Origin: Microbotryum violaceum
Taxonomy: Eukaryota
Length of the DNA: 64,000 nucleotides
Assembly (NCBI GenBank): GCA_001244265.2
Contig: CDLV01000014.1
Span: forward strand, 1 to 64,000
Direction: 5' to 3'
The translations under genes were made by a program, and so were the position numbers. Below are positions 23,701 to 38,557 of the stretch, in pieces. How positions within the stretch are numbered: position 1 is the first letter of the stretch; each line of letters starts with the position of its first letter. The notes beneath the pieces were generated by a model. The model was not told the DNA's origin, ran no database searches, and saw only the letters and a list, made by a program, of their open reading frames with translations.

Positions 23701-25329
23701 CGGTTGCCGGGTGCCGAGCTCGAACGAAGGCGTCGAGGACTCGTCGAGGCTATCGAGGTCGTCGAGGTTGCCGATGATTCCGACGTGCCACCGGACAAAG
23801 GCGATGCCGGAGCAGAAGTAGAAGGCGAAGGAGAGGTCGGGGTCGAAACGGGCGCCGCTGTCGTCGTCTGCGTCTCCTTTGTTGGGCCCGTGGTCGCACG
23901 GGTCAACGTCTCTTTCCCAGTGTCGCCGCCCTCCGGTTCGGTCGAAGCGACCGATTCGCCGTCGTCGTCGTCGTCGTCACTGTCGCCGTCGTTCGCATCG
24001 TCCTTGTTGCCGGTCGCTGCACCTGCGGGTTAGCACGAGGTCCCAGCTGGATCATGTTCGTGCGAGAGGCACGAGAGTTCAATGCGGCGGGCCCACCGTG
24101 CTTCCCATTCTTTCCAGCAACTCGGAAGCCGGTGGTCGAAGTCGAAGTCGAAGTCGAGGCCCTCGGAACAGGGGCGGCGGTGGCCGGAGTCGAAACCGGC
24201 TTCCTGCAAGCCCCCCACTGGTGTCCAGCGCGATCGCACACGGCGCAGTAGTGCGTCTCAAATTCGTGTCGCAAGCCGTACTTGGCGCCCAGGATCTCGA
24301 TCTCTTGTGGCAAGGCGGCGTTGAGCGCAGCCTTCTGCGTCTCGGTGGAGCCTTGGAAAAGATCAGCATGTAAGCGAAGGTACGCGCAGTGGAACCCGTC
24401 TTCGGTCATGGCCATCGTGTCACCGTTCGGATCGACCGCGAGGCCCCGCTGTAATTGCATGAGGGTATACCCTTGCGTGCCACCAGCGTGGCCGAAGGAG
24501 GAAGTGAGAGCAGCGTCGAGAGATTTTCGGAGCACGGAAGCGGGAATCGCGCTGGAAGAGGAGGGTAAGGTGAATCGCACCTGGACGATGTGATTTAGGG
24601 GGAAACACTCGGGAGCTCGGTGAACATCTCTTTTCCGTGATAGGGGAATGGACCGCTGCAGCGGCTTCGAGACAGGCCTGGTCGGATTTGAACACGAGCT
24701 TGTACATATGACGAGCAATCGGGAACCTCTTCGTTGCCTTCGTCACAATCGGGTTCAGCTTCACACATTTCGAGAAGAGCTTCTCGACCTCGGGGTCAAG
24801 CTCGGCGCCCTCGGGCCGCGCGAACATGAATGGCGTCTCGGCCAGCCCAAAGTGCTTACGCAGCGCAATCTGTACAGGGCCTCTTGGGGACCCAGTACCA
24901 TCCATGATGACTCGGATCACGTTGGAGGCCGGCATCGCGTCGTTTCGTACCGCCCTTTGAGCAGCTCGTGCGCGAGCCGGCGCCTGCGAAGGCGGGCTGG
25001 AAGGGTCATACAACAGTACCATCAGCCGGCGGGTCGACTTGGAGGATGGTACGATGCTAAGGGCTTTGAAAGCCTTCTGCATCGACTTCTCATGGTCCAA
25101 TCGAGCCTGAGAAGCCTGGGCAGACCAGGCTGGAGGATTAACGGTTCCTCCAGTGACCGTCTCACGGGTTTCCGTGTTGAGTGATTCATCTCTCAACACG
25201 TCACCAGCCCACGGAGCGTTGGGCGGGTGCGGGGGTGGGCCGGGCGGATCCGGCATCACTTCTTGTAGTCGTCCTGTAGCTCTTGAAGCGGTTGATGGGC
25301 GACTGTACACACTACACGACGGTACACAC

Positions 25330-25331
<2 letters not shown>

Positions 25332-25360
<29 letters not shown>
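25332..25360. repeat. (TG)n microsatellite at the junction of two LINEs
   Basis: About 14 TG units, directly abutting the poly(T) tail of the next element. Confidence 0.95.
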
Positions 25361-25363
<3 letters not shown>

Positions 25364-27342
25364 TTTTTGTAGAAAACGTTCATCATATTGCCCCCAGTTC
25401 CTGTTCCCCCTGATTTGGCCTACGGAAAACTAGATGGAAGACTACGATGATAACACAAACCGCCCGCAAAAGTGCGAGAAACGAGCCAAGTCCACCAATC
25501 CGAGATTCGGATTCAAATGCCCTAGCCAAGCGGTTGCTCCCCCCAGGAGACTCATGAGAGAGAGAAAGAGAGATGAAGAGAAAAAAAGAAAGAAAAGAAA
25601 TGTACTAACGACAGAAGGCCCACCCCACAGCCACTTCCCACTCGGTCGAGACGAAGACAAGAGCACGACTGCGCAACCACCACGACCCTCGACGCTCCAA
25701 GTCTCTGCTCAGTCACAACAAGACGCGGTGAAGGTCCCTCAAAACCTCCCCATCGGCAGTCCCTGGCCCCTCAAAGCCGACTTTCTGCCTGTGTCCGCTG
25801 ATCCCTCCCTTGACTCAGAACCCCGAAGCCGAAGAGCGCGAGCCACACCGAATCGACGCCAAATCGCGAGATGGTCCATGATCCGCAACGGTGAACCTGA
25901 ATGAAAGATGAAAGCGATCTATTTAGTGTACAGTAGGAGAAAATGATGTCACGAGAATTTGGTGTGTGTGTGTGGTGGTGGTGGGGGAAAGTCGAACCCA
26001 GCCTCTACTGCCCTCTCCTCCCCCAAGCTCCTCCCGCCCTCAGCTTCAACCTCTCCTCCAAGATGATCCTCCTCCTCACAACACCCTCAATCCTCGTCCC
26101 CCACTTCTGCATCCCCCACCTCCCGCTGCCGATCATCTCCAAGACCAGCCCGGTGAATATTTCGATCGTCCTCCCCGCTCCTTCTTGATCGCGCAGACTG
26201 GCCTTGAGCTTCGGAAGTCCGAACATGCGTTGAACAGCCGTGTAATGCGTGTTGTCGATCGTGTCGAGCCCCAGTGCGTCGCAGAGCACGCTCTTTGCCG
26301 CGATCCAAACGTTCCCAGAGTCAACGCAGTCGAAGAAGTAGTGCTCCCGATCGTCCTTGGGCGCTCCACAGACGAGGCACGCGGGCGAGTCGTCGTGCTT
26401 TTGATGAAACTGCAGACTCCGAGTCGGGGTGAAGTTCCTGACGAGCTTGAACCACACCTCGCGTTCCCTCGCCGTCAATGCCTTCGAGTTGACCCCCTTC
26501 CAGAATCCCTTGATATCGTCGGGCTGCAGCGAGTCCCTGAAACTGATCGTGTCGGTGAAGGCCTTTGCATTCAAGACTCGGCGGACGCGACGGATGGTGT
26601 ATGATCCATGCTGAGCAAGTTGTATTGTGTTGATTGGTCTGGGAGAGCCGGTCTCGGAAGGCGCTGCGGCGGGTCGATCGGATGGGGCAGGATCGACTCG
26701 AGCGGCGTGGTGGGGCGGACCTCGGATCTGGGGCGGACTCGGGGAGGCCCGTTGATTCGTACTGCCGCCACCGGTTGAGCTATTGGTGTGAACCTTAATC
26801 GATTGATCGCATGTCGGTACCATGCCACAATGTGCTCTCGTTGTGGGCGGCCCCGTTGATCGTATTCGCTGTTGCTGACGACCACATCCGTCGGCGGCGT
26901 CCAGAGATGAAAGCCCCCGCCCGGGTACAGCTCGCGTCGAAACAGGTCCGCTACCTTGGCGTAAATGGCAAACGCAGCATGGTCGGCTTCGTAGGGTGGT
27001 CGCGACACAGCTGGTGCTCCCGGTAGGTAGTGAAGGGTGTGCAACTTGATCGGAAGGGCGAGAAGATTCGCGAGCGTCAACGTCCTCGGCTTGACTTGCG
27101 CATTGTGCGTCGATGGTACCTTCAGCACGGCCTGCCATCTTGGGGGTAGATCGGTTCGGATCGGAGTGTAGTCGCAAGGCCACGCATCAGTTGCCAAGTC
27201 AAAGTCGGGGCGGGAGGGGTTCGTACAATCGCCGCGCGCGCAAGTCCCTGCCAGATCGCATCCGAACCGCCAAGAAGCACATCCCAGACGCGTGCCGCAA
27301 CCGAGTCGACGACGTCCTGCATCCGCATGACCCCAAGACCCC
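25360..27342 (-). mobile_element. 5'-truncated L1-like element (family A)
   Basis: Begins at GLGVMRMQD. Encodes VWFKLVRNFTPT...CLVCGAPKDDREHYFFDC (zf-RVT-like). Stop at 26005, then a 3' UTR unlike family B, then poly(A) (T-run 25360-25368). Confidence 0.9.
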
Positions 27343-27508
27343 TTTTTTTTTTGTAGAAAACGTTCATCATATTGCCCCCAGTTCCTGTTCCCCCTGTTTT
27401 GGCCTACGGAAAAACTAGATGGAAGACTACGATGATAACACAAACCGCCCGCAAAAGTGCGAGAAACGAGCCAAGTCCACCAATCCGAGATTCGGATTCA
27501 AATGCCCT
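27343..27508 (-). mobile_element. 165-bp 3'-end stub of family A LINE with its own poly(A)
   Basis: Direct repeat of 25360-25523 with one substitution and one indel outside the T-run. Confidence 0.9.
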
Positions 27509-27513
27509 GCCCC

Positions 27514-29005
27514 ATTTTTTTCTTTTTTTTGACTGGGGCTCATAAATTGAAACCCTTCGGGTTGGCTGGGACCGCTACAAAAGGAGCTAAAGGAGGTTAT
27601 AAAGCAACGACGGCAAGCAGTTGGGTGAAAGTCAAACCCCTGCGCGCAAAGAGCGCTGCGCAGATCAAAACCCGCCGAGCACCTAACGCGGACTCCAACG
27701 GGCGGTGAGTACTGCTGCCGCTTCACGTCCCAAGAGCGGGAGCAAAGATACTCGAAAACCAGGCAAGAGCGCCTAGAGAAAGAAGGGGGAGAGTATACAG
27801 AAAGTCACGACTGGGGATACGGAGAACCAGGAATACTAAGACAGAGAGGAGGGGAACACACCCGAGGGGCCAAGGTAGGGGGTCGAAGCCGGAGGTAGAG
27901 GTCCCCAGGGACTAACAGGCCGCAGCCAAGCCCCAGCTACTCGTCACCCCGACAGCGCCTGATGTCCTCCCTTGGCTGAATCTCGAGTGCTGGCTGTTGA
28001 GCCGTCGGGGCCGAGAGAAAAGCGATCCAGTACAACGAAACGAGCCTCGCCTTGACGCGAGGATATTGACCAGAAACGAGCGACCTTCCTTCCCGAGCCA
28101 TGCCGTAGATCTTGACCAACGCGAACGAACGAACCATTCAACGGAATCCAACACACGGCTTAGGAGTAAAAGGAGAAGTGGCTGAAGCGTAGTCAACAAC
28201 CGAGCAACAGGAACGAGAAGAGGAAGGGAAGGGAAAAAAGGGGGGAAAGGAGAGGGAAAAACTTCACAAAGCCTCCAACGCAAAGACAATCGACCTGGCT
28301 TGCCGATCCATCCAAGAACAAAAAACCGCTACTGCGCAAAGTAGAGAGAGAGAGGGAGAGGTGCGCAGCCTTCCACTGCGCAACAAGTTCCAAGACAGTC
28401 AGCTTCTAAAAGAGGAGTCGACCTCCGAAAAAGAAGGGAGGAAAGGAGGGGAGGAAAATGGGAAGGAAGGACTTAACTCGGTCATCACACCTCCCAATCT
28501 CGAGCCCCAGGCACAAAACCCGCTCGAGAGAGAAAATCTCGCTCGAACGCTCTGAGTGCACTGGGGAGCGGGGGAGGGGCCACGACCTTGTCCAGCTCGA
28601 ACCGCTGATGAACGCGCCAGCGGAGCAGGTGCAGCCGCTGGAAGCCGATCGCGCAAGCCAGCCGAACCCACATCCATTTCGAGGTCGTTCTCCCACGACC
28701 CCGCAAAAGGGGGAGCCCCATAGTCAGCTGCTCCGGAGTGAACGTCGACGGATCGACGTCGGTATCCTCGATGCCCAGCTTGTCGAACAGAATGCGAAGC
28801 ACCCCACCCCAGAAGCTGGTCGAGTACGCGCACTCGAAGAAGTAGTGCGACACCGTCTCGATGACCGCTGCATCGTTGCCGCAGAACAGACACGTCGGCG
28901 AAGAGGCATGACCCTGAGTATGCTGCCTCTTGCGCGTCGGCGTCACGTCGTACATGAGCCGCCAGTGGGTGTCCTGCTCCACAGCAGACGCAAACCGAGT
29001 CACGT
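27514..29005 (-). mobile_element. 5'-truncated L1-like element (family B, copy 2)
   Basis: The ORF2 C-terminus DTHWRLMYDVTPT...CLFC...HYFFEC is nearly identical to 19090-19599. The 3' UTR is homologous to 18190-19090, with an A-rich tail at 27514-27530. Confidence 0.93.
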
Positions 29006-29519
29006 GACTATGCGCGTAAGAATATATATGCCAAGCTGGTCTGATCCGACATCCAAGTCTAAGCGTCTTGGAGCAGCTGGTAGCTCGTTGGGCTCATACT
29101 TCGTACGAGTTAAAGTGACCCAAAGGTCGTCGGATCGAAACCGACAGACGCTAAAAATATATTTTTTACGCAGATCTTATCCTGTCTTAGCTAGACAAGA
29201 GATGCAGTTGCGTTCTTTTTGCTCTTATTGCACGGTCTCTGCTCCACCTCTATTTTTTTTTGGACACACTCTCGTCGTCTCGTCAGGATTTAAGCGAGAG
29301 ATGCGGTGCTTGGAACTTGAGAGGATACCGCTCTCGACCTCGATCAATCGATGAAGCTGGAAAGCCTTCACTTTGTGTTCTCTCCTCATACAGCACTCTG
29401 GGTGCTTTATGTTACCTAATCTCACACTCCATAAATTGAGATCATATCTACTTCATTCGCACACATCGTCCTACATGTCTGTCCCAAGGATCGATCGACC
29501 GGGTTTCCTCCCTTCCGCT

Positions 29520-30522
29520 TCAGAACCCAACCCCAATCAAGTAGTCCGCCAATTCTGCATCAAGAAAACATATAATCATGAGTTGAACTGTCTGTCATTG
29601 GGATCAACAATTGAAAAGTTGAACGACGTACCCTCAACGATCTTGGTCGCTTCTCCTGGCAGGGTTGGGTGAGAGTACTCGGCGACGAGCACGGCCTGGT
29701 TCGTCTTGACGAGGATGATGCCGTCGGCCTAAAGTGGGAAGACATGATGTGGTATGGTCAGCATGGATGGGCAAATTATTGGGTGGGTTCCTGATCCTCG
29801 ATCTTGACGTCCTCCGCGCCTCGCTCGAGCTGATCGGCCTTTGCATCGCAATGACGTGGAGGGCGAACAGCTCGGCCCCGAATCGGTCGTCAAGCTCTGC
29901 TGCCCGCTGCTTCTTTTGTATCCGGGTGCTCATTAGATTGGAGTAAAAGTGTCGTACTGACCGCCTTTTTCCCATAGATACTCCTGTCATTGGCAGCGAG
30001 GGTGAAGAACTTGTTACCTGCCGCTCGAATACCATTCGCCTTTCAACGGTAGCAACAACCCCAATTCGAAAACCCAATCAGCTCTTTCAAAAAATGACGT
30101 CAAGGCCGATCTTGCACAGCGAGAGGAAGGAAAAGGAAGAAACCTACCTGCGCACTGGAAGGATCACTGAACGCTTTGACGATATTGGCTTGTTCGTCCG
30201 AGGTGAGTTCGTAACCGGTTGAAGAGGCCCATACGCCTCCCTGTTGGCCTAGGATCGCGCAACGAGTGATCTTGCCCGTGCCGATCAAGTTCGAGTCGCA
30301 GTCTGCGTGGGAGTGTGGGAACGGTGGCGAGTGCGGTCAGCGGAGGGTGGGAGGAGTGAGCGATGAGGCGGAGATGAGATGACGAGTGGAGAGAAGGTCT
30401 GGGTAAGACTGCTTACACACTGTGTGGGCAATGTACATGTACGAGAGCGCGCGCAAGGGTTAGTCAGCGTGGGTCTGGTGCTGGATCGGAGGCTTTCTGT
30501 TGGCCTGACCTTGCCACGACAT
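29520..30522 (-). CDS. PFY1: Profilin (6 coding exons, including a 3-nt micro-exon)
   Basis: Exons 30522-30510, 30419-30417, 30302-30148, 30039-29962, 29728-29632 and 29554-29520 give MSWQVYCDSNLIGTGKITRCAILGQQGGVWASS...ANGIRAAGNKFFTL...DGIILVKTNQAVLVAEY...ELADYLIGVGF. Confidence 0.93.
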
Positions 30523-30776
30523 GATGTGCTGTTGCTGAGGAGGAAGGGTTGAAGCAGAGAGTGGCGGAATGGCAGAGCGTGGCGCACCAGCAACCCAGCA
30601 ACCCGAAGCCGAGTCCGAGCCAAATAATGCCCGCGTGTCTAATGGTGCATTAAATGGTAAGGACCCTATTCGGACCGTGGTAGATCGATCAAAGAGCGAG
30701 AGCGAGAGCGCGCTGCCAGTCAGTTTCCCTTCCCGCTCCACCTCCTACCCACTCTTTAGCTCCTTTTTCATTCAAC

Positions 30777-32216
<1,440 letters not shown>

Positions 32217-32568
32217 ATTGGCGTAAAGAAATATACTTGCTCCGTGATCTCCACTTGATTTTTGGGTCGTCGAGGCCGGGCTCGTCGCAGTCAGCTAGGG
32301 GATGATATATCGTCTTTTCGAATGCAATCGAACACTATCTACGAAAAAGGCTGAGCCAGGTGGACCCACGAGTCTTTGAGGCTCTTCACACAGCATCGCG
32401 TCTCGTGCGCATTTCTCGAGATGTTCATAAGAAGTTGAATTCACAGTGAGGACATTATGAAACTGTAATCCTGCATAAACACGAAAATTCGAATCCCGTA
32501 TCCAACATATCCGAGAAAAGGTAGAAAAAAAGCGCAAACATATACCACCACCGAGGCCTCCTCCTCGT

Positions 32569-35500
32569 TCACCTCAACGAACTAAGCACCGTCTTCCTCG
32601 CTCTAACCCTCGGTCGACTGGTCGATAACCTCGGTGTTTTGGGGAACAAATCGACCCCATTCTGATCGACCAATCCCTGCGCCTCCAAAATGACCTGCTC
32701 CTTCTTAACCCTCAACTTTCCAACCTCTTTAATCCCCTCCAACTTTCTCCTCGTCAAATCAAATTGATCCTGCCTAGTCGTGATCGTCGCGTAATCCTCA
32801 TCATCCTCTTCACGTCGCTCGACGACTTTCCCACTTTTTTGAGCGAGTTCCTTGAGTTGACCATTGAGGAACGAGATATCTACAGCTTGACTCAAAACGC
32901 TCTGACGTCTTTTCCTCAAAGCGAGTCGAGGAGGTAAAGCCGTAAAAGGTGAACGATCCTCAATTTCCCCTTTTACCGAATCTCGAAGTACCGCAAAAAC
33001 GGGTACAGGTTTCCTCGTCATCTTCGTCGTGGTCGTGGTCGTCGTCATCGTCGTAACTTTGATCGTCTTGTTCCTCAACGAGGAGTTCGTATCAAACTCC
33101 ATCTGATCCCCTTTCTCCACGATTTTTTCAGGTGAAGAAATTTCATCGAATCCTGGTGAAAGGATAGGTGAAGTATTTTTCGCATCACTTGGTGATATTG
33201 AAGGTGAAGGTGTTGAATCGAGCATTGATGAAGTACGTGAATATCGATCCGTTCCAGCTCGGTATCGAATTCGAGAAGCGTGTAAGAAATCAAAAATGGC
33301 TTGCATCCCGATAGGGAGCTTGAAATCTGTTTTTTTGAAGAGAGGTGAGGTGGAAAAAAATTACGAAACAAAAGTTAGGGTCGGGTTCGGGGTTCGAGAA
33401 AAAGTAGTTGAATAGATTAGGACTTACTGGTCATAGCGTCCCTCGAACGATCGGTATCGATCCATCTTGATCTTGATCTACGAAGTTCGTCTTCGGCTTC
33501 GTAAATGTAATGAACCCATTCCCGACGACGAACATAAGGCTCCTCCTCCTCCTCTTCTTCTTCTTCTTCTTCCGCGAGTTGATAGTCATGCTGCGCCTCA
33601 CCAACTCGGAGCACGTTTTTGAACGTGGGACCGACGTCAACATCAAGCACCGGAATGATAGGTCCTCCTCCACTCGACTCTACAACCCCATCAATAAGCG
33701 TCCTCGCAATCCCATCCGTCGCCGTAGTCGGAGACAACGAAAGCCTATACTTCAACGTTTCCTCCAACCTCTTCTCCTCCACCTCAACATCTTCAACCGA
33801 CTCCAAAACCTTCGATTCGACCACTTTTTTAACTGGTGAAGTTTCAACCGAAGAAGACCAAGTTTCACGATCATCCTCTACGATCGTTTCTTGAATAAAA
33901 GTTGACGCTCTTAAACTTTGTCGATTCGTACTTTGATGAATCGATTTAGCTCGAATGGTAACCATAGGTGGACGAGAATGATAGTCAATTTCGAGTTGGG
34001 CTAAATCCAAAGAAGAAGTTCGGGTTCGACCATCTTCAAGTTCGAATTGGGTAGTCGAGACGAAGGAACCGACGCTTGAACGTGGATCATGATCCGAGAC
34101 GGAAGGTTCGCTTGATGGTGAAGAAGGAGGGGAAACTTCTTCAGCGATTGAGGTGGGAGCTTGTTCCTCGTGACGTTCGCTCGACCGGCTCACGTCCCGA
34201 ATGCAGCGCGGTGAAGAGCGTGGTGACACCTGACTCGGAGCCGCTACTTCTTCATCCTCTTTAGTCGACTCGCCTCGTCGTCGGGCTTTGAAGCGCTCGA
34301 GTGGGCTGAATTGCTTCGAGAATGGATCGAACTTCTTCAACGGTGACGAGGATCTTGACCGATCACCAAAAGTCGATACCGTCGCACTTGTCAAGTCACG
34401 CTTTCCACCACTCGAAGCTGACACGGACGAAGGGAATTCGAAAGCGGGTGCGAGAGGTGGTGAATGTTTAGTAAGCATAGGGATTCTCCTCGACCTCGGA
34501 ACCGGACAAGGTGAGCTCGTGATTGAAGATATACTGAGATTGGTCGATCGACTACTCTGCGCCATCGAATGACTCGTCTGATCGACCATCGAATGATTCG
34601 TCTGATCGGCACCATTACTACTCCCCGAATCGCGTTGGTCGAATTCGGATTCTGAGAATTCCTCAACTTCGGCGAAAGCGCTCTCGATCGATCGTCCACC
34701 TAGAATGAGCACCGATCTCGCTCGATCTTGTGAATACCTGACCATAGATTGACGTAGGTTGTTCAAAGGCTTGCGACGACTCGCAGGGGAGGGGGAAGCG
34801 CTGACGCCTTCGAAGTGTTCACCTTCGTTGGAGCCGTCTTCGGATTGTGCGAGAGAGCCGAGCGTACGGGTCGTCATTGGGCGACCGACGAGATCGCGCT
34901 CGACGGAGGGAGGTGGGGAAGTAGCGGCAATGAGTGAGGTCAGGGAGAGTTCGATGTCCAGTGAGTCGAGCATTTTTTCTCCAACCTGTAAAATCGGGGA
35001 TTCTTCCTCGTCAGTAATCTGATTTCGAACGGGCCCCCTCAAAATCGTGAGGAGATTTCTCCGCAACTCACCGTTGGTCTCTCCATCGTCAAATAATCCT
35101 CTAGACTCTCGCGAAGCTTGGGAACTCGATCGACGGGTGAATCGGGGGAAGAAGAGGCACTCATCTGTCCACGAAGAAGCATAGCCTGCAACACCGCACC
35201 GGCTGTTGTAACTCGGCCGCTGAAGCTCGAGTCGGTCGAATCCGGAGAAGCATCGACGCGCAAGTTCGGCACGTTGCAAAATTTCGCCTCGTCGGAGTGC
35301 TCCGAATCCGTATTGAGCATGTGGTCCATCGTCCTTGTACCAAGCGCAATGAAAGAAGGTCCTTCGACAACTTCGTCCTCCTCCCCATCGCTACTCGAAT
35401 GATCGGACTCAGGAACTTCGGCTAATGCGACCTTATCGTCCAACTTGCAAGAGCGCAAAGAGTTTGAAGCCGAAGCGCGACCCTCGATTTCGTCGAACGG

Positions 35501-38500
35501 GTTCGGTTGTCCGATCGCCGAATCTCGTGAACCAGCTTGAGGAGCATACCGCACCGCATCGAAAGTGCCAATGATGCCGAATTCGGGCACATGGATTTGG
35601 TTCGGTTCTTCTTCTGCGTCGTAGACTCCTACATCGATCTCGGAAATGTGTTCGGTGACGGACTGGATGAGCGTTTGTAGATCATCGGGCACGTCGGTGA
35701 CGATAGGATCGAGGGAGTCGAGGGAGTCGAGTGATCCGAGGCTTGGAGGACGAATGACGATAGGAAGGTGGCGACGTAGAGAAGCAGAGAGATCGCCATC
35801 ATATTTCTCGTCGAGGGAGAGGGTAGGCGCCACTCGAACGGAAACATCTTCGGTGTCGTCGAGGGAGGAAAGAAGCTCGGCGAGGTCGGTCGTCGCTCCC
35901 CGAGTTTCACGGATGCCTAATGCAGGGAAAGAGTGGATTTTCAAGATGTCAGTTTTTCTCCAATTGAATGAAGTGGAAATAGCTCTGTGTATCGTACCTT
36001 TTGTCGCGGGTGCGTGCTCCATGACAATGACTTGCTCGGGTCCCATCGCTTGCTTCTTCGGCGGAGACGCGATGAGCACCTCCAAACCCCGGTGGGCCGG
36101 AAGAGGGAGACCGCGCTCGGACTTGACCGGTGAACTCGACGCCGTCTCGGAGGGAAGCAGATCACGAAATCGAGCTGGCGATGGTGACCTGAACGAAAGA
36201 GCTGACCGGTTTGAGGCGGACGAGTCGAGCAAAGTGGTCGCGTCTGGATCCGAGTCAGAGACCGTCAAAGTCGCCGAGGTGGGACGAGGCTCGGGTGACG
36301 GCGCCGAGGGAGGTAGAGAATCCCCCGAATCAGAGACAACCGACACGTGCTCAACCTCAACGCTGCCTTTCAGATCCACTTTCACAACTTGAGTGACCTC
36401 GTCCTGTCTTGAAACGGCGACGATAGGTTGAGGAGCACTCGAGCGACGCTCCGAAGGAACGGGAATGAGGCTGCGTCGGCGTCGCGTGATTGAGGAGCGG
36501 CGACGCGCGGGCGAGTCTTTGCCGACCAGAACTTGACCACCAAAAGTTGCAGTGTAGGGCTCAATGTCGGGAGTGATGGGTCGTTGGGGTCGTATTGGGA
36601 TTCTTGAACTTGTGCTATTGGGACGAAGTGTCGCATTCGGAAAGATGGAGGAGATGGGGATGCGCGTCGGCAACGCCGTCGAGTCGACCTGGATCGCCCC
36701 TGTCAGGTCCTCGGGTACGCGGACCTTTTCGGCGCGATGAACGACCGCATTCGCGAAAGCGTCGTTGGCTTCGTCGCGAGGGGTCGAAGTTAGAGCCCCC
36801 CGCCTCAACGATCGATTGAAAAACTTGGAGAACGTCCTCTTGACCGAACTCTCTTTCGATGATGCCGACAAGTTCGACTCGCGCTTTGAGAAAGGGCTCG
36901 AGCTACTCTCCGTTGCACTGGACGAGACGGGCGAGCACAGGCTCGCGGCTTCGGACGAGCGAGCACCATTGAATGCGAACGACTTGAGTCGTGCGGGGAT
37001 TCGACTACCCTGAAGTCGAGAGATGGAAGCTCGCCTTGCGACGCTCGGCTCGCTGGACTCGTTGATGTAGAACCCAGCGCTGGCGAGGCTCGGTCGAGTC
37101 TTTGCGGAAGCTTGATTGCGACCTTGAGACAGCTTCGCAGACGAGACCGAGCCGTGAGCCTTTTGCGAAGGCGTTGACTCGGTCACCGCGGCGAGCCTGC
37201 CCGTCCATTTTGTACCAAACGCAACCGTCGACGAGCGGGTCGGGATCGATGACTTGTTCGCGGCTCGGCGCGCCATGATGTTCCTGATCGAGGTCGCTTG
37301 ACCGAACGAGCGCGCACCTCTAGAGAGCAGTGTTTCGCCCACAAGAGGTCGGGCTCGCGATTCGGCCGAAGACGCCGAGAACTTGGACATGGGTTCGTTC
37401 GGGACCTCGAGCAGTTGGGGAAGTTCATCGAGGCGTCGGTGGGGACTGGTGATGAGATCGCTGTACGACGCCGACTTGCGAGGTCCGAGGCGCGTGGGAG
37501 GTGAAATGGAGGCCAAGTTGACGACGGGAACGTCCAACCTCGATTCGTGAAGACGCTCGGAACCGATTCGAGCCGCATGCGGAGGCGAGGTCATGAGATT
37601 GAGTGGAATCGATCGCGATTTGTGGAGACACCGAGGTCGCTCGTCATTCGAGCCGTCCTCGCCGCTCTCGTCGCCGTGGAGGCCCGAGTCGATGGAGTCC
37701 ATGGCCCGATGATGCCCACCCCCCTGGCCCGCACGTCGAGTGAAGGTCGGATCGTTCGCCCACTTGCGAGTCATGGCGAATTGATCATGGTGCCGCATTG
37801 CTTGACTCGGCGCGCGACTCGGCTCAAACCGATACACTCGTTTCTGCTCCTCGAGTCGAGTGCGACGACTTTCACGAAGAACGTCCTGCGCTCGTTGGAT
37901 CGACGTGCGAAAGGGGGTGTCCGCGTCCATCAAGAGCGATTGGCCAAAGTCGTCGATATCGGGACCGGTACTGGGAGAAGGTGCTATCATTTTCTCATCG
38001 CTTGAAGAGCCTACCACGCCACCGATTGAGGTGTCGAAAGGGTGAGTCGATGGCTGCACATCGACCCTGGTTGAGTAAGCCCGAGTCGGCGAGTCGGTCA
38101 TGATTGAGCTCCGCTGCAGATCGGTCGGTCTTCGCGGCGTCTCGTCAGATTCGAGCTCGTGCACGGGCGTGAGTGCGGCTGCGACTGCGGCGAGGGAAAG
38201 TGAAGTTCGAGGCGATGGCGGAGGCGGGGTGAGGACGATCGACGGAGTCGTGAGCACGGTCGTGCCCGTGCCGCTGCAGCTGACGGCCGAGTACGAAGTT
38301 CGAGAGGAGGAGTGCGATGGTGTTACAGAGGTCGTTCGTTTGCGTCGTAAGAAAAAGTGTCGAAGCCGCTCGATGACGTGGGTGGTGGTCGACGAGCGGG
38401 GCGAACGCGGCGGCGTGGGAGGCTGCAGACGCGAATTCGGTACGGTCGAGTTGAGTGAAGCCACGGTGAGCAACGCGATTGGAGGCCGAAGCGGAAGAAG

Positions 38501-38557
38501 GGTCGTTTCAGAGGAAGGAGACAAGTCGTTATAGGTTCGTATAGGAAGCTTCGTCAA
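32569..38557 (-). CDS. Large Ser/Pro/Arg-rich, probably disordered protein of unknown function (3 exons)
   Basis: Three long ORFs are joined in frame by GT-AG introns 35071-35019 and 33427-33327. The first in-frame ATG is at 38101 although the frame is open to 38557, so the start is uncertain. No domain recognised. Confidence 0.75.

Noticed and set aside
25360-27508. Direct repeats read as LTRs or as an snRNA/snoRNA
   Set aside because: They end in poly(A), lack TG...CA termini, enclose LINE ORF2 sequence and show no spliceosomal RNA signature.
35019-35279. Overlap of the 1172-aa and 620-aa ORFs as a programmed frameshift
   Set aside because: A 53-nt GTGAGT...CAG intron joins them in frame.
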